The notes below the pieces were generated by a model. It did not search any database and was not told the origin of the DNA. It saw only the letters and a program-made list of their open reading frames with translations. The translations under genes and the position numbers were made by a program. A DNA stretch of 64,000 nt from Candidatus Spongiisociaceae bacterium. GTDB lineage: Bacteria > Actinomycetota > Acidimicrobiia > Spongiisociales > Spongiisociaceae. This document shows positions 9,556 to 19,722 of this stretch, piece after piece. Location of the stretch: assembly GCA_965219685.1 (NCBI GenBank), contig CBDCOH010000002.1, positions 3,712,001-3,776,000 on the forward strand, in the 5' to 3' direction. Position 1 is the stretch's first letter, and each line of letters starts with the position of its first letter.

Positions 9556-10605
9556 GTGAGAGACGAGGGCAAGGTCATCACCGTCAATGGTCCGGTCGAG
9601 CCTGAACAGCTCGGGATCACCCTCATGCACGAGCACCTGCTGTTCACGTGCCTGATGTGGTTCCTGGAGGAGAGTCATCGTGGCCTGGGGTCGGATGCCT
9701 ACATGCCGGTGACCGCCCAGAACGCGGCCCTGCTCCGGGAGTTCCCGTATCACAACCGGGACAACCTGATCAACACCGACTGGTATCTCACCGCGATGGA
9801 GGTCAGACGTTTTAAGATGGCGCTGGGCCGCACTGTCGTGGACTCCTCGGACCTCGGCCTCGGCAGGGACGTGTGGGGGTTGCGCAAGATCGCCGATGAC
9901 GTCGGGGTCAACATCATCTCGGGTACCGGGTACTACGTCCACCACGCCCAGCCCTGGTACGTCGATTCGATGACCGAGCACGAGATGGCGGAGGGCATGA
10001 TCCGGGACATCACCGAGGGCGCGGACGGCACTGACATCCGCTGCGGGCTGATCGGGGAGATCGGGACATCGGATCCGGTCGCTCCGTCCGAGTGGAAGGC
10101 TTTGAGAGCCGCCGCCATCACCCACCACGCCACGGGTGCCGCGATCCAGATCCACGCGTTGCATGAACAGAGGCTGATGCCCGACATCCTGGACCTGCTG
10201 ATCGAGGAGATGGGAGTGCACCCCACCAGGGTGATCGCCGGTCACATGGACCTGACCACCGGCGACCGCGGCTACATGAAGCGGGTCGCTGAGTACGGCA
10301 CCTTCTTCGAACTCGACGGATTCGGCCACCCGTGCCCAACCGAAGGGGTGTACGTCACCGACGCTGACCGGGTCGGAGCCGTCGAGTGGATGATCTCCGA
10401 GGGTCGTGAGGACCAGTTGCTGTTCTCCCATGACATCGGGCTCAAGGCGAGGCTGTCCAGCTTCGGGGGGCCCGGCTACGACCACATCATGAACGTGATC
10501 ATCCCCGCGCTGAGCAGGGATGGCGTTCCCCGCGACGTCATCAACAAGATCCTGATCGAAAACCCGCGCCGGGTGCTGACCCTCGCCGAGGAGTCACCTG
10601 CCTGA
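9556..10605 (+). CDS. Phosphotriesterase-related protein (PTER-like)
   Basis: TLMHEHL, SGTGYY, GLIGEIG, GHMD, SHD, NPRRVL. Confidence 0.9.
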   Translation: MRDEGKVITVNGPVEPEQLGITLMHEHLLFTCLMWFLEESHRGLGSDAYMPVTAQNAALLREFPYHNRDNLINTDWYLTAMEVRRFKMALGRTVVDSSDLGLGRDVWGLRKIADDVGVNIISGTGYYVHHAQPWYVDSMTEHEMAEGMIRDITEGADGTDIRCGLIGEIGTSDPVAPSEWKALRAAAITHHATGAAIQIHALHEQRLMPDILDLLIEEMGVHPTRVIAGHMDLTTGDRGYMKRVAEYGTFFELDGFGHPCPTEGVYVTDADRVGAVEWMISEGREDQLLFSHDIGLKARLSSFGGPGYDHIMNVIIPALSRDGVPRDVINKILIENPRRVLTLAEESPA

Positions 10606-10655
10606 CAACCGAGCCGATCATCTCGGTACCGACCAGGAAAGGCGTTTCCATGGAC

Positions 10656-10697
10656 AGAGAATGGCGCTCGGCCTCACGGGGCCAAGCGCCATCCTCT
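10656..10697. terminator. Hairpin between convergent genes, probable terminator
   Basis: ATGGCGCT-cGGCC...GGCCa-AGCGCCAT stem. Confidence 0.6.
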
Positions 10698-10741
10698 TGA
10701 TTCGCGGCGACCTGCGGCGGTGCCGGTCGGCCTTCTACCGC

Positions 10742-11932
10742 CTAGTTGAGCGGTGAGTTCACGTACTCCATCAGGTCTTCCCGGGCCAGCAGCTTGTCGA
10801 GCCACTCTCCGGAGACCTGGAAGGTACGCCAGTCGTCATCCGCGCTGTACTCACCTGCGGCCACACCCCTGTCGAACAGGAACCCGATCGACTTCTCGTT
10901 GTCGAGCGGCGACCCGGTGGTGAAGAATTCGGCTTTGGCGTCCTCGGCCGTCGGGAAGTAGTTCAGGCTGGTCATGATCTCATGGGTGGTGGTGGTCCCG
11001 AGAGTCCCGCCCGTGGCTATCGCCACGTTGTCGTCGACCAGTGGGATGACGACGTCCGGCTTCTCGTGCAGGTAACGCACGGCGCGATAGAAAGCCGCCA
11101 CCGATCGCAGGGCTGCTTCCGGATTGGCGTCGAGGAAGGTCTGGGTGGTTCCCATGGTGCTGAACCACAGCCCTCCCGGACCGAACGCGTTGAAGGGCGC
11201 CGCCACGACGAAGTCCTTCGCCGTCTCAGGGTCGTAGACCATCCGGGCCACCTGTGACAGCGTCCCGAAGTAGATGTCACCCTCGCCTGCCATGAACGCC
11301 AGCCCCGCCTTGGGCAGGTCGGGGAAACCTATCCGGTTCAGATCGTCGGCGGTGAGGCCGCCCTGGTTCATCATGGCTTCCACGAGCGCGATGTCGCCGG
11401 CGTCCCACACGGGGAGGGTCATCCCTTCGATGGACTTGATGAAGGCCTCCGTGGCCGCATCCTCATCGCCGAGATCGTCGAGAAAGTCGTACCAGGTCTT
11501 CATTCCGGGCCTGCCGACCAGGATGAAACCCTTGAACTGGTTGGTGATCATGAAGTCCCGGTACTCGGGGAAGTTCGCCCAGGACGACGCCACGCAGACC
11601 TGGCACGAGAACATCATGTCGAAATCCCCGCCGATCAGTCCCTGCAACGGGAAGTCGGTGAACTTGATGATCTCGATATCGATACCGAGGTCGGTGTCTA
11701 TCCCGAACTCGTCCACCCATATCCAGGGCTCGTCGTCGTAGGACACGCCCTCGGCCACCCGGACCTTGACGATTTCCCCGTCGATGCCGTCACTTAACTT
11801 GGCCGGCGCTGCGGTTTTCGGCGCTGCGGTGGTAGCAGCTGCCGTTGTGGTCGTGGGCTCCTCGTCATCCGCGCATGCCGCGGCAACCAGAACGAAAACG
11901 AGGGCGAGAACCGCCCACTTCGTGTATTTCAT
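10742..11932 (-). CDS. ABC substrate-binding lipoprotein, SsuA/NMT1-like
   Basis: Lipobox VAAAC, Thr/Ala linker, adjacent to an SsuC-like permease. Confidence 0.75.
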   Translation of the reverse strand: MKYTKWAVLALVFVLVAAACADDEEPTTTTAAATTAAPKTAAPAKLSDGIDGEIVKVRVAEGVSYDDEPWIWVDEFGIDTDLGIDIEIIKFTDFPLQGLIGGDFDMMFSCQVCVASSWANFPEYRDFMITNQFKGFILVGRPGMKTWYDFLDDLGDEDAATEAFIKSIEGMTLPVWDAGDIALVEAMMNQGGLTADDLNRIGFPDLPKAGLAFMAGEGDIYFGTLSQVARMVYDPETAKDFVVAAPFNAFGPGGLWFSTMGTTQTFLDANPEAALRSVAAFYRAVRYLHEKPDVVIPLVDDNVAIATGGTLGTTTTHEIMTSLNYFPTAEDAKAEFFTTGSPLDNEKSIGFLFDRGVAAGEYSADDDWRTFQVSGEWLDKLLAREDLMEYVNSPLN

Positions 11933-12011
11933 ATGATCCCCTTCGGTCGGTTGCTTGTCCGGGTCTTCTGCTAGGTCGCTCGTTTAGTTCCTTGGGGGCT
12001 TGCTGTCGACG

Positions 12012-12866
12012 TCAAGACCTGCCGAGCATATCACTCACTATCCCGGTGGGTCGGGTGCGAGGACTCCATCTTGTGGCATGCCGGAAGAAGGACTTGACGA
12101 TCTGATCGAAGATGATGGCGAGGATCCCGAAGATGATCACGATGAGCACAACCCCGGGCGTGTCCAGGTAGGAACCACGGATGAGCATTATGTAGCCCAG
12201 CCCTGTCTGGGAACCGCTGTACTCCGCGGCCACGTCCAGGCCGAACGAGTAGGCAGTGGCAAGCCGGATACCCGCGATCAGGTGGGGGGTGATCGCCGGG
12301 ACGACGATCGTCCTGTACACGTCCCGGCGGGTGGCGCCGAGCGTCAGCGAAGCTCTCACGTAGACGGGCGAGACGCTGCGGATGGCCTCGATGGTGACGA
12401 CCGACAGGAGCAGGAAGACGCCCAGCGAAACGAGGGCTATCTGCGGCGCCTTACCTATACCGAACCAGAGAATGAACAGAGGTATCAGGGCAAAGAGGGG
12501 AATCGGGCGGATCAGGTCGACCGGGCCCTCGAAGAAATCACGGGCTTGGCGGCTCAATCCGAATAGCAGCCCGGCGATGATCCCCAACGAGCCACCGATG
12601 AAGAGGCCTCCGAGGATCATCTGCATGGATATGAGGAACCCCGTCAGCAACTCGTCCCGGATAGCCCAGAACACCTGCCAGATTCGGTAAGGAGACGGAA
12701 GGAAGACCTCGCGGATATCGGTCAGTTCCGTGAGCGCCACCCAGATAACGGCGGCGACGGCCGGGACGACCAGTGTCTTGAGGGTGCGAGCCGAGACACG
12801 GCGAGTTCTCGGCGGCGTCTCTCCTGCGGGCGGTGGGTCGCTCGAGATGTCCTGGCCTACTGACAT
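12012..12866 (-). CDS. ABC permease, SsuC/TauC-like
   Basis: LPSP, RPIP..ALIPLFILWFGIG, EAA-like loop, GLGYIM. Confidence 0.9.
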   Translation of the reverse strand: MSVGQDISSDPPPAGETPPRTRRVSARTLKTLVVPAVAAVIWVALTELTDIREVFLPSPYRIWQVFWAIRDELLTGFLISMQMILGGLFIGGSLGIIAGLLFGLSRQARDFFEGPVDLIRPIPLFALIPLFILWFGIGKAPQIALVSLGVFLLLSVVTIEAIRSVSPVYVRASLTLGATRRDVYRTIVVPAITPHLIAGIRLATAYSFGLDVAAEYSGSQTGLGYIMLIRGSYLDTPGVVLIVIIFGILAIIFDQIVKSFFRHATRWSPRTRPTGIVSDMLGRS

Positions 12867-13031
12867 GGCCTGCTCCGGCGGGTTGGAAGGAGGCGGACCT
12901 CCCCGGCGGTTTGTGAACCGCCAACCCTGTTGGTCTATGACGCGCCGCCGAGTGTATCAGCCGCCACCAGGGCGGTACGGCGGGGACGGGATCGGCTTTG
13001 CCCGATTCGAGATCGGCGCCGCCGCCTGCGT

Positions 13032-14243
13032 TCAGGCGAGTTCGACCACCTGCCGTACTCGATCGGCGACGTGCACTCCGATGGCGAGCGACGACGTTGC
13101 AGCCGGCGACGGGGCGTTCAGCACGTGGACCGATCTGGGGCCGGCCTGGATGAGGAAGTCATCGTGGAGATCGCCGGAGCGGGTCAGGGCCAGCGCCCGG
13201 ACCCCGGATCGACCCCGTCTGAAATCCGCCGGGTCGAGTTGCGGTACGAGCTCGCGCGCCGAACGCACGAACAGGCGGCGGCTTGCCGACCGGATTATCT
13301 CGGCGGCCCCGGACCGCCAGTGCCGGCGCGCCAACCTCAGGAAGCCGGGGTAGGTCAGCGACTGCATCAGTTCCGCGGGCCGCACCGTTCCCCGGCCGTA
13401 TCCCTCGCGGGCCAGCGCGGGCACCGCGTTGGGGCCGGCATGCACCGAGCCGTCCGCCGACCGGGTCAGGTGAAGACCGAGGAAGGGCAGCTTCGGGTCC
13501 GGAACGGGATAGATCGACGAGCGGACGAACCCGGCGCTGGGACCCGTGATGTCGTAGTACTCGCCCCGGAAGGCGACGATCCGGACTTCCGGGGCGAGGC
13601 CCGCCGCCATGGCCAGGCGGTCGCTGTAGAGACCGCCGCAGTTGACGATTGCACGTGCCGTAACGGACCGGTGCGGTCCCTCGACCGTTACGTGTGATCG
13701 GGCGACGTCGATGTGTTCCACGCGGAACGAGGTCGAGATCGTCGCGCCCCGTTCCCGGAGGACCTCCGCAAGAGCGCGGCACACGTCGGCGAAGTTCACC
13801 GCGCCGGTCTCCGGGACATGCAGAGCCTCGACACATACGGCGTGCGGCTCGAGCTCGCGGAGCTGGTCCGGGCCGATGCGCCTCACGTCCCGGAGACCGT
13901 TGGCTCGCCCCCTCCGTTCGAGTCGGGCCAGCGCCGGAAGCTGCGCCTCGGTCGTGGCGACGACGACCTTCCCGTCGCGGGTGTACGCGACTCCTCGCTC
14001 GTCACAGAACCTGACCAGGCGGGCGATCCCGTCCCGGCACAGGGTCGCCCTCAGCGAGCCGGCGCGGTAGTAGAGCCCGGAGTGGATGACCCCGCTGTTA
14101 CGCCCCGACTGGTGAGCAGCAAGCTCGGGCTCCTTCTCCAGCACGATGACGTTCGGGCGCGGAACCCGCCCGGTCAGCGCCATCGCCGTCGCCAGGCCGA
14201 CGATGCCGCCGCCGATGATCGCCACGTCGTATTCAGGCACCAT
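13032..14243 (-). CDS. lhgO: L-2-hydroxyglutarate oxidase
   Basis: GGGIVG, HQSGRNSGVIHSGLYY, FRGEYY, YPVPDP..PFLGLH, NAPSPAATSSL. Confidence 0.88.
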   Translation of the reverse strand: MVPEYDVAIIGGGIVGLATAMALTGRVPRPNVIVLEKEPELAAHQSGRNSGVIHSGLYYRAGSLRATLCRDGIARLVRFCDERGVAYTRDGKVVVATTEAQLPALARLERRGRANGLRDVRRIGPDQLRELEPHAVCVEALHVPETGAVNFADVCRALAEVLRERGATISTSFRVEHIDVARSHVTVEGPHRSVTARAIVNCGGLYSDRLAMAAGLAPEVRIVAFRGEYYDITGPSAGFVRSSIYPVPDPKLPFLGLHLTRSADGSVHAGPNAVPALAREGYGRGTVRPAELMQSLTYPGFLRLARRHWRSGAAEIIRSASRRLFVRSARELVPQLDPADFRRGRSGVRALALTRSGDLHDDFLIQAGPRSVHVLNAPSPAATSSLAIGVHVADRVRQVVELA

Positions 14244-14254
14244 GACGATGATCG

Positions 14255-15238
14255 CTACGGCTTCAAGACCAGCCGACCGGCGACTGCGCCCGCTCGCAGG
14301 CGGTCCAAGGCGGTGTTGGCATCATGCAGAGGCAGCACTTCGACGTGGCACTCGACGTTCCCTCGCTGCGCATGGGCCAGTACGGTCGTGACATCTGACC
14401 GCGATCCCATGATGGAAGTGCTCACCCACGCCTCGTAGGGAATCGTCTCCATGCCCACGCGGATCGTCGCGCCGCCGCCTCCCACTATCACGATCCTCCC
14501 CTTCCGCTCGACCACCGACTTCGCCAACTCCAACGACTCCGGGGTTCCCACGAAGTCGAGCACGACCGGAGCGGGTTCAATGTCGGCTGTGGGCGGGTGA
14601 GCCTCGTCGGCGCCGAGTTCGAGGGCTCGGATCAGCTTCTCGGGGGCCGTGTCCACGGCCGTGACCGAGCAGTCCGCCAGCAGCCGCAGCCACTGGATGG
14701 CGAACTGCCCGAGACCGCCGACCCCGATCACCACCGCCCGCGATGCCGGCATGGCCCTACGGACCGCCCGGTATGCGGTGGCGCCCGCGTCGGCGAGGGC
14801 CGCGGCCACGGCCGGGTCCAGGTCGCCGATGGGGTAGAGGTAGCTTTCGTCCGGGATCACCAGAGCGTCCGCGTAGCCACCGTCCGCATGTACCCCCTCG
14901 ATAACCACGTCGGGGCACATAGCCTCGTCACCCGACCGGCAGTGGACGCAGTCTCCGCATCCCCAGCTGGCATAGACCAGGCACGGCTCCCCACCGGGGC
15001 CGGCCACCACCACTTCGTGGCCGAGAACGTGCGGAGTACGGGTGGCCTCGCTGTCGAGCAGGTCGAGGTCGGTGTGGCAGACCCCGCACGCGAGGACATC
15101 CGCTACGAACCCCGGCGTGGATCGGGGGCTCGGTCGCGGCCGCTCCTCGATCACGAGTGGCGCTCCTGCCGAGCGCATCACGGCAGCCCGCATGCCGGTG
15201 AGGTTATCCAGACCGGTCGGGTCAGCCGGTATTGACAC
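14255..15238 (-). CDS. Zn-dependent alcohol dehydrogenase (MDR family)
   Basis: CGVCHTD, GHE, CGDCVHC..C, GVGGLG. Confidence 0.9.
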   Translation of the reverse strand: MSIPADPTGLDNLTGMRAAVMRSAGAPLVIEERPRPSPRSTPGFVADVLACGVCHTDLDLLDSEATRTPHVLGHEVVVAGPGGEPCLVYASWGCGDCVHCRSGDEAMCPDVVIEGVHADGGYADALVIPDESYLYPIGDLDPAVAAALADAGATAYRAVRRAMPASRAVVIGVGGLGQFAIQWLRLLADCSVTAVDTAPEKLIRALELGADEAHPPTADIEPAPVVLDFVGTPESLELAKSVVERKGRIVIVGGGGATIRVGMETIPYEAWVSTSIMGSRSDVTTVLAHAQRGNVECHVEVLPLHDANTALDRLRAGAVAGRLVLKP

Positions 15239-16112
15239 CGAACAGTCGAGCCGCGTTGTTCCCGATGTAATCGGCGATGTCGTCGTCGGTGATGTCCGGC
15301 AGGCCGGGGGCGATGTTGAGCTCGGCTGCCTGGGCGGGCAGTGACTTGACGAACGGGAGGTCCTCGCGGCAGTCGTAGTTGTCCGTTCCCCACAGCACCT
15401 TGTCCAGCACCATGAAGTGTTTGGCGTATTTGAGGAAGCGGATGTTGGTCTCGAGAGGTTGCAGGAACCCCCACCAACCGGTGTTGGCGTACACGTTGGG
15501 GTTCTTCAACATCATCATCACGCATTCCTCGTAGTAGTTCTCCCCGGCGTGGACCACCACCAGCTTCAGATCGGGGAAACGCACCGCCACGTCGTCGAGC
15601 AGGAGCGGGTGCTGGTTCTTGAGCAGGAAGTATCCGGACCACCCCGTATGGACGAAGATGACCATCCCAAGCTCCTCCGCCTTCTCGTATATCGGCATGA
15701 TCGATAGGTCGTTGAGCGGCATGTCGAAGCTGCTGGCCGGCGAGATCTTCATCCCCACCAGGCCCATGTCGACGATCTCCTCCATCTCGCGCAACGCGGG
15801 AAGGCCCCCGAACAGGTCGACGCTGCCCAAGCCGATGTAGCGGTCGGGGTATTTGTCAACCGCTGCGGCCACGAAGGAGGGCGGCACCTCCGAGTTGAGA
15901 TGGGGCGCCTTGCTGGCGTGGCAGACCGCCATGTCCACGCCCGCCTCGTCCATGCGCTCGATCATCTGCTCGGCGCTCATGCCCTTGACGAGCCCCGTCT
16001 TGGTGCCTAGGCCACGGGAAGCCCACCCCGCGGCGTACATGGCGTCGTCCATCACGCCCTTGCCGCCCCAGTGCTCCCGCTTCGAGAGCCACACATGGCT
16101 GTCGATGATCAT
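15222..16112 (-). CDS. Amidohydrolase_2 family protein
   Basis: IIDSHV, VHTG, RFPDLKLVVVHAG, LWGTD; start reassigned to ATG 16112. Confidence 0.85.
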   Translation of the reverse strand: MIIDSHVWLSKREHWGGKGVMDDAMYAAGWASRGLGTKTGLVKGMSAEQMIERMDEAGVDMAVCHASKAPHLNSEVPPSFVAAAVDKYPDRYIGLGSVDLFGGLPALREMEEIVDMGLVGMKISPASSFDMPLNDLSIMPIYEKAEELGMVIFVHTGWSGYFLLKNQHPLLLDDVAVRFPDLKLVVVHAGENYYEECVMMMLKNPNVYANTGWWGFLQPLETNIRFLKYAKHFMVLDKVLWGTDNYDCREDLPFVKSLPAQAAELNIAPGLPDITDDDIADYIGNNAARLFGVNTG

Positions 16113-16365
16113 GGTCGTCCCCTTTCCTTCCGGCCTCCACACCCTGGCCACGAGGCGTGACGTTGGTGTGATCACCATAACCAGACGACCGATCCCGGCT
16201 CCGTCTCCTGGTCGGCCGTGTCGGCCACGATACGCCATCTCCCAATCATCGTCATCGGATGGGCATGGACACGCGCCGTCCGCCATCCGTAAGCTCGGTG
16301 ATGTCCCATTCGGGCTGCGCCAAACCGCAACCCGAACAGGGGAAGACGCAACGGAGTCCGAGACG

Positions 16366-17505
16366 ATGAACGCAGCATCGGCCGACCGCAATCTGACCAA
16401 CGACTTCACCCACCGGATCCAGCAGCTGAGGCGGAGTATGGAGGCGGCGAACGTCGACGCCCTGGCCGTCCTGAGCCCGAGCAACATCGAGTACCTGACG
16501 GGCATCGATCTGGTCGACTTCCAGCCCATGGAGACATCGCAGGGGATCGGCAAGCTCGTGTACATTGCCGAGGACCGCGCCGAGTTCATCTACTACGCGG
16601 TCACCAGCCCCGGGATCATGAACGCGGTCACCTGGCTGGACCACGTCGTGTACGACGAACCCGAGGACCCGGCCTCGGTCGTCGCACGGCGCGTTTCCCG
16701 AGATGTCCGGGCACTCGGAGTCGAAGGCGCATTCCTTCCGCACAACCTCTCCAAGCGTCTCGAAGACGCCCTCCCCTCTGTCGAACTCGTCGACGCGACC
16801 CGCCTGGTCTACGAGCAACGCATGGTCAAGTCGGCCGAGGAGGTGAACCGATCGCGGAGGTCGGCGCGTATCGCGGACCTCGCGATGGTTGACATCCTCC
16901 CCGGCATCTACGGGATGAGGGAAGTCGATGTCGCCTCGGCCGCGATGGAGTCCATGCTCGGCCACGGCGCCCACAACGTCGCCTATTCCCCGATCGTCTC
17001 CTCCGGGGAGAGGTTCGGGGGCATCACCTACGGCGCCACCGAGAGAAGGATCGGCAGGGGCGACTCGGTCATGATCGACCTGGGCGCCAAATACAAGGGC
17101 TACCGCTCCGACTTCACCCGCACCTCCCACTTCGGGCCGGCTCCGGCGCCATTGAGGAGGGTGCGGAGGGGGATGCTCGAGGCCAGGAAGGCGGCCCTGG
17201 GGGTGATGAAGGCCGGTGTGACCTTCGGGCTGGTGGACCGGACCATCCGCGACGTTCTCCAGGACAACGGTGTCGATCCCGGACACCTGATCCACGCCAG
17301 CCACGGCATCGGGATCGAGGTGGTCGAGATGCCGTGGCTGGCCGATCAGACACCGGATGTAGTCCTGCGGCCCAACGTGGTGATGACCCTGGAGTTGATA
17401 ATGGGCGTACCGGGCGTCGGGGCCTACACGATCGAAGATGTCCTGGTGATAACGGAAGAAGGAACCGAGGTCTTCACCGAATGCCCCGTTCCCTTCTACG
17501 AATGA
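16366..17505 (+). CDS. M24 Xaa-Pro peptidase / creatinase-fold hydrolase
   Basis: RMVKSAEE, IDLG..YKGYRSDFTRT, HGIG, IEDVLVIT; start at ATG 16366. Confidence 0.87.
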   Translation: MNAASADRNLTNDFTHRIQQLRRSMEAANVDALAVLSPSNIEYLTGIDLVDFQPMETSQGIGKLVYIAEDRAEFIYYAVTSPGIMNAVTWLDHVVYDEPEDPASVVARRVSRDVRALGVEGAFLPHNLSKRLEDALPSVELVDATRLVYEQRMVKSAEEVNRSRRSARIADLAMVDILPGIYGMREVDVASAAMESMLGHGAHNVAYSPIVSSGERFGGITYGATERRIGRGDSVMIDLGAKYKGYRSDFTRTSHFGPAPAPLRRVRRGMLEARKAALGVMKAGVTFGLVDRTIRDVLQDNGVDPGHLIHASHGIGIEVVEMPWLADQTPDVVLRPNVVMTLELIMGVPGVGAYTIEDVLVITEEGTEVFTECPVPFYE

Positions 17506-17520
17506 CGGCGCCGGTAGGAT

Positions 17521-18498
17521 ATGGGTATGGCAACCACCGTGATATCCCCTCCTTGTATGGCAGATGCCGAGAGAGCCGCCGAGGCCATCGCTGTCGAAGG
17601 GGTGTCGGAGATCCTGGTCTACGGGTCGGTGGCGCGGGGCGAGGCCGGTCCGGATAGCGATATCGACCTAGTGGCCATCCACGACGACCTGGACTACTCG
17701 ACCCGTGGTGACAGGTCGCACGATCTCAAGGAACTGGCCGGGTCCGCCGTCGCGCACAGGGTGTCCGTTTACGTCACCGACTGGCCGGAGTGGACCCATC
17801 GAGCCACCCGGGTGTCCACTTCTCTGGAGAGCGCCATCACCGCCGATGCCGTCACGCTATACCACCGGGACCCGAACGGGGTGCGCTGGGGGAAGGAGAT
17901 CGGTATGCCCACCACCAACGAGGAGGAGGCTGCCGGCCGGCTCCACAACGCCCGGCGCGCCCTCTTCGGCTTGAGCGATCATCTGATGACGAGCCCATCG
18001 GAAGGGAGCGCGCTCGAGGACCGTGATCCCGGTTACTACCTTTTTGCGATGAGGGACCGGATGTGCCGTCTGTGCGCCGACGCCCATATGGCGATGGAAA
18101 GCAGCCTCAAGGCCCTCATCCATCTTGGTGGTATGCGCCCTGCCCGTACCCACGACTTGGACGAGTTGCTGAGTGCCCTCCCCGCCGCACAGCGGGATCA
18201 CGTTCGGGGGATGTTCGTCGAGGTCAGCCCCGAGCAGGCGTCGAAGTGGCGGGAGGCGGGCGCATACGAGTACGCCGACTGGTCCTTGGACTACCTCGTA
18301 CCCCATGCCTACCACATGGCCGGCGCCGGCATCGCCGTATCCCGCTACGCCGCCGATCTTCTCTCCGGCGTAGAGGCCGCCCGCCTCATTAACAAGGTGG
18401 CGGTGAGAGCTGAGGATGTGCTCGACGGGTGGGATCTCTCCGCCGAAGACCCGTTCGAAGTGGTCGGTCAACCACCCCCGCCCGAGCTGTCCGAATAG
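17521..18498 (+). CDS. Fused minimal nucleotidyltransferase-HEPN protein (TA-like)
   Basis: YGSVARGEAGPDSDIDL (MNT) plus HMAMESSLKAL...RTHDLDELL (HEPN). Confidence 0.8.
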   Translation: MGMATTVISPPCMADAERAAEAIAVEGVSEILVYGSVARGEAGPDSDIDLVAIHDDLDYSTRGDRSHDLKELAGSAVAHRVSVYVTDWPEWTHRATRVSTSLESAITADAVTLYHRDPNGVRWGKEIGMPTTNEEEAAGRLHNARRALFGLSDHLMTSPSEGSALEDRDPGYYLFAMRDRMCRLCADAHMAMESSLKALIHLGGMRPARTHDLDELLSALPAAQRDHVRGMFVEVSPEQASKWREAGAYEYADWSLDYLVPHAYHMAGAGIAVSRYAADLLSGVEAARLINKVAVRAEDVLDGWDLSAEDPFEVVGQPPPPELSE

Positions 18499-18609
18499 CC
18501 CCCGGGCCAATCGACTTCACCCCGACGTCCGGGGGGACGAAGCAGTTGCCATCGGGACAAGGTCCACCGGCACCGGTTAGTGTCGGCCGGACATGACGAC
18601 GGAGGATCA

Positions 18610-19656
18610 ATGAAGGACCTGGGCAAAGTCATCACGGTCAACGGTCCCATCGAGACCGACCAACTCGGGGTGACCCTCATGCACGAGCATCTGCTGTTCA
18701 CCTGCCTGATGTGGTTCCTGGAGGGAAACCACCGGGGCCTGGGTTCCGACTCCTACGTCCCGGTCACCCCCCAAAACGCAGCGCTGCTACGCGAGTTCCC
18801 TTACCGCAGCCGCGACAACCTGATCAACACGGACTGGCGGCTCAGCGCCCAGGAGATCAGGCGGTTCAAGATGGCCCTCGGCCGCAGCGTGGTCGACTCG
18901 TCGAACCTCGGTCTCGGAAGGGACGTGTGGGGGCTCCGCAACATCGCCGACGACGTCGGGATCAACATCATCTCGGGCACCGGGTACTACGTCGACCATG
19001 CCCATCCGTGGTACGTCGATTCGATGACCGCCGAGGAGTTGGCCGAGGGGATGATCGGTGACATCACCACCGGCGCCGACGGGACCGATATCCGCTGCGG
19101 GCTCATCGGGGAGATCGGCACCTCCGATCCCGTCACGCCCAACGAGTGGAAGGTGCTCGAGGCCTCCGCCATCACCCACCACGCCACCGGCGCGGCCATC
19201 CAGATCCATGCCCTCCACGAGCAGCGTCTGATGCCTTCGATCCTCGAGTTCCTGATCGACGACCACGGCGTGCATCCCAGCCGGGTAATCGCCGGACACC
19301 TAGACCTGTGCACGGATGACCGGCCCTATCTCGAGCAGATCGCCGCCTACGACACCTTCCTGGAACTGGACGACTGGGGCCACCCGTGCCCCACCGACGG
19401 CGTCTACGTGTCCGACGACGACCGGATGTCGACCGTTGAGTGGATGGTGGAGGACGGTTTGGGCGACAAGCTCCTGTTCTCGCACGACATCGGCCTCAAG
19501 GCCCGGTTGTCACACTTCGGCGGGCCCGGCTGGGACCACATCATGAACGTGATCCTCCCGTCGCTCAAGGACCGGGGCATGCAGGTCGACCCGCTCTACG
19601 GATTCGTGATCGACAACCCGGCCCGGGCTCTGGCCCTCGCCATGAAGACAGGATGA
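18610..19656 (+). CDS. Phosphotriesterase-related protein, first gene of the BMC operon
   Basis: Closely similar to 9556-10605; HEH, GEIG, GHLD, SHD; RBS GGAGG. Confidence 0.9.
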   Translation: MKDLGKVITVNGPIETDQLGVTLMHEHLLFTCLMWFLEGNHRGLGSDSYVPVTPQNAALLREFPYRSRDNLINTDWRLSAQEIRRFKMALGRSVVDSSNLGLGRDVWGLRNIADDVGINIISGTGYYVDHAHPWYVDSMTAEELAEGMIGDITTGADGTDIRCGLIGEIGTSDPVTPNEWKVLEASAITHHATGAAIQIHALHEQRLMPSILEFLIDDHGVHPSRVIAGHLDLCTDDRPYLEQIAAYDTFLELDDWGHPCPTDGVYVSDDDRMSTVEWMVEDGLGDKLLFSHDIGLKARLSHFGGPGWDHIMNVILPSLKDRGMQVDPLYGFVIDNPARALALAMKTG

Positions 19657-19722
19657 CGCCCTCGGAGCGGGATCGGGGTTGCGGGCTGGCACCGCCGTGA
19701 CGGCGGCCGATAGGATGGGCCA

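Noticed and set aside
15853-16589. Apparent overlap of long ORFs on opposite strands
   Set aside because: Artefact of longest-ORF starts; likely true starts at 16112 (minus) and 16366 (plus) give an ordinary divergent promoter.
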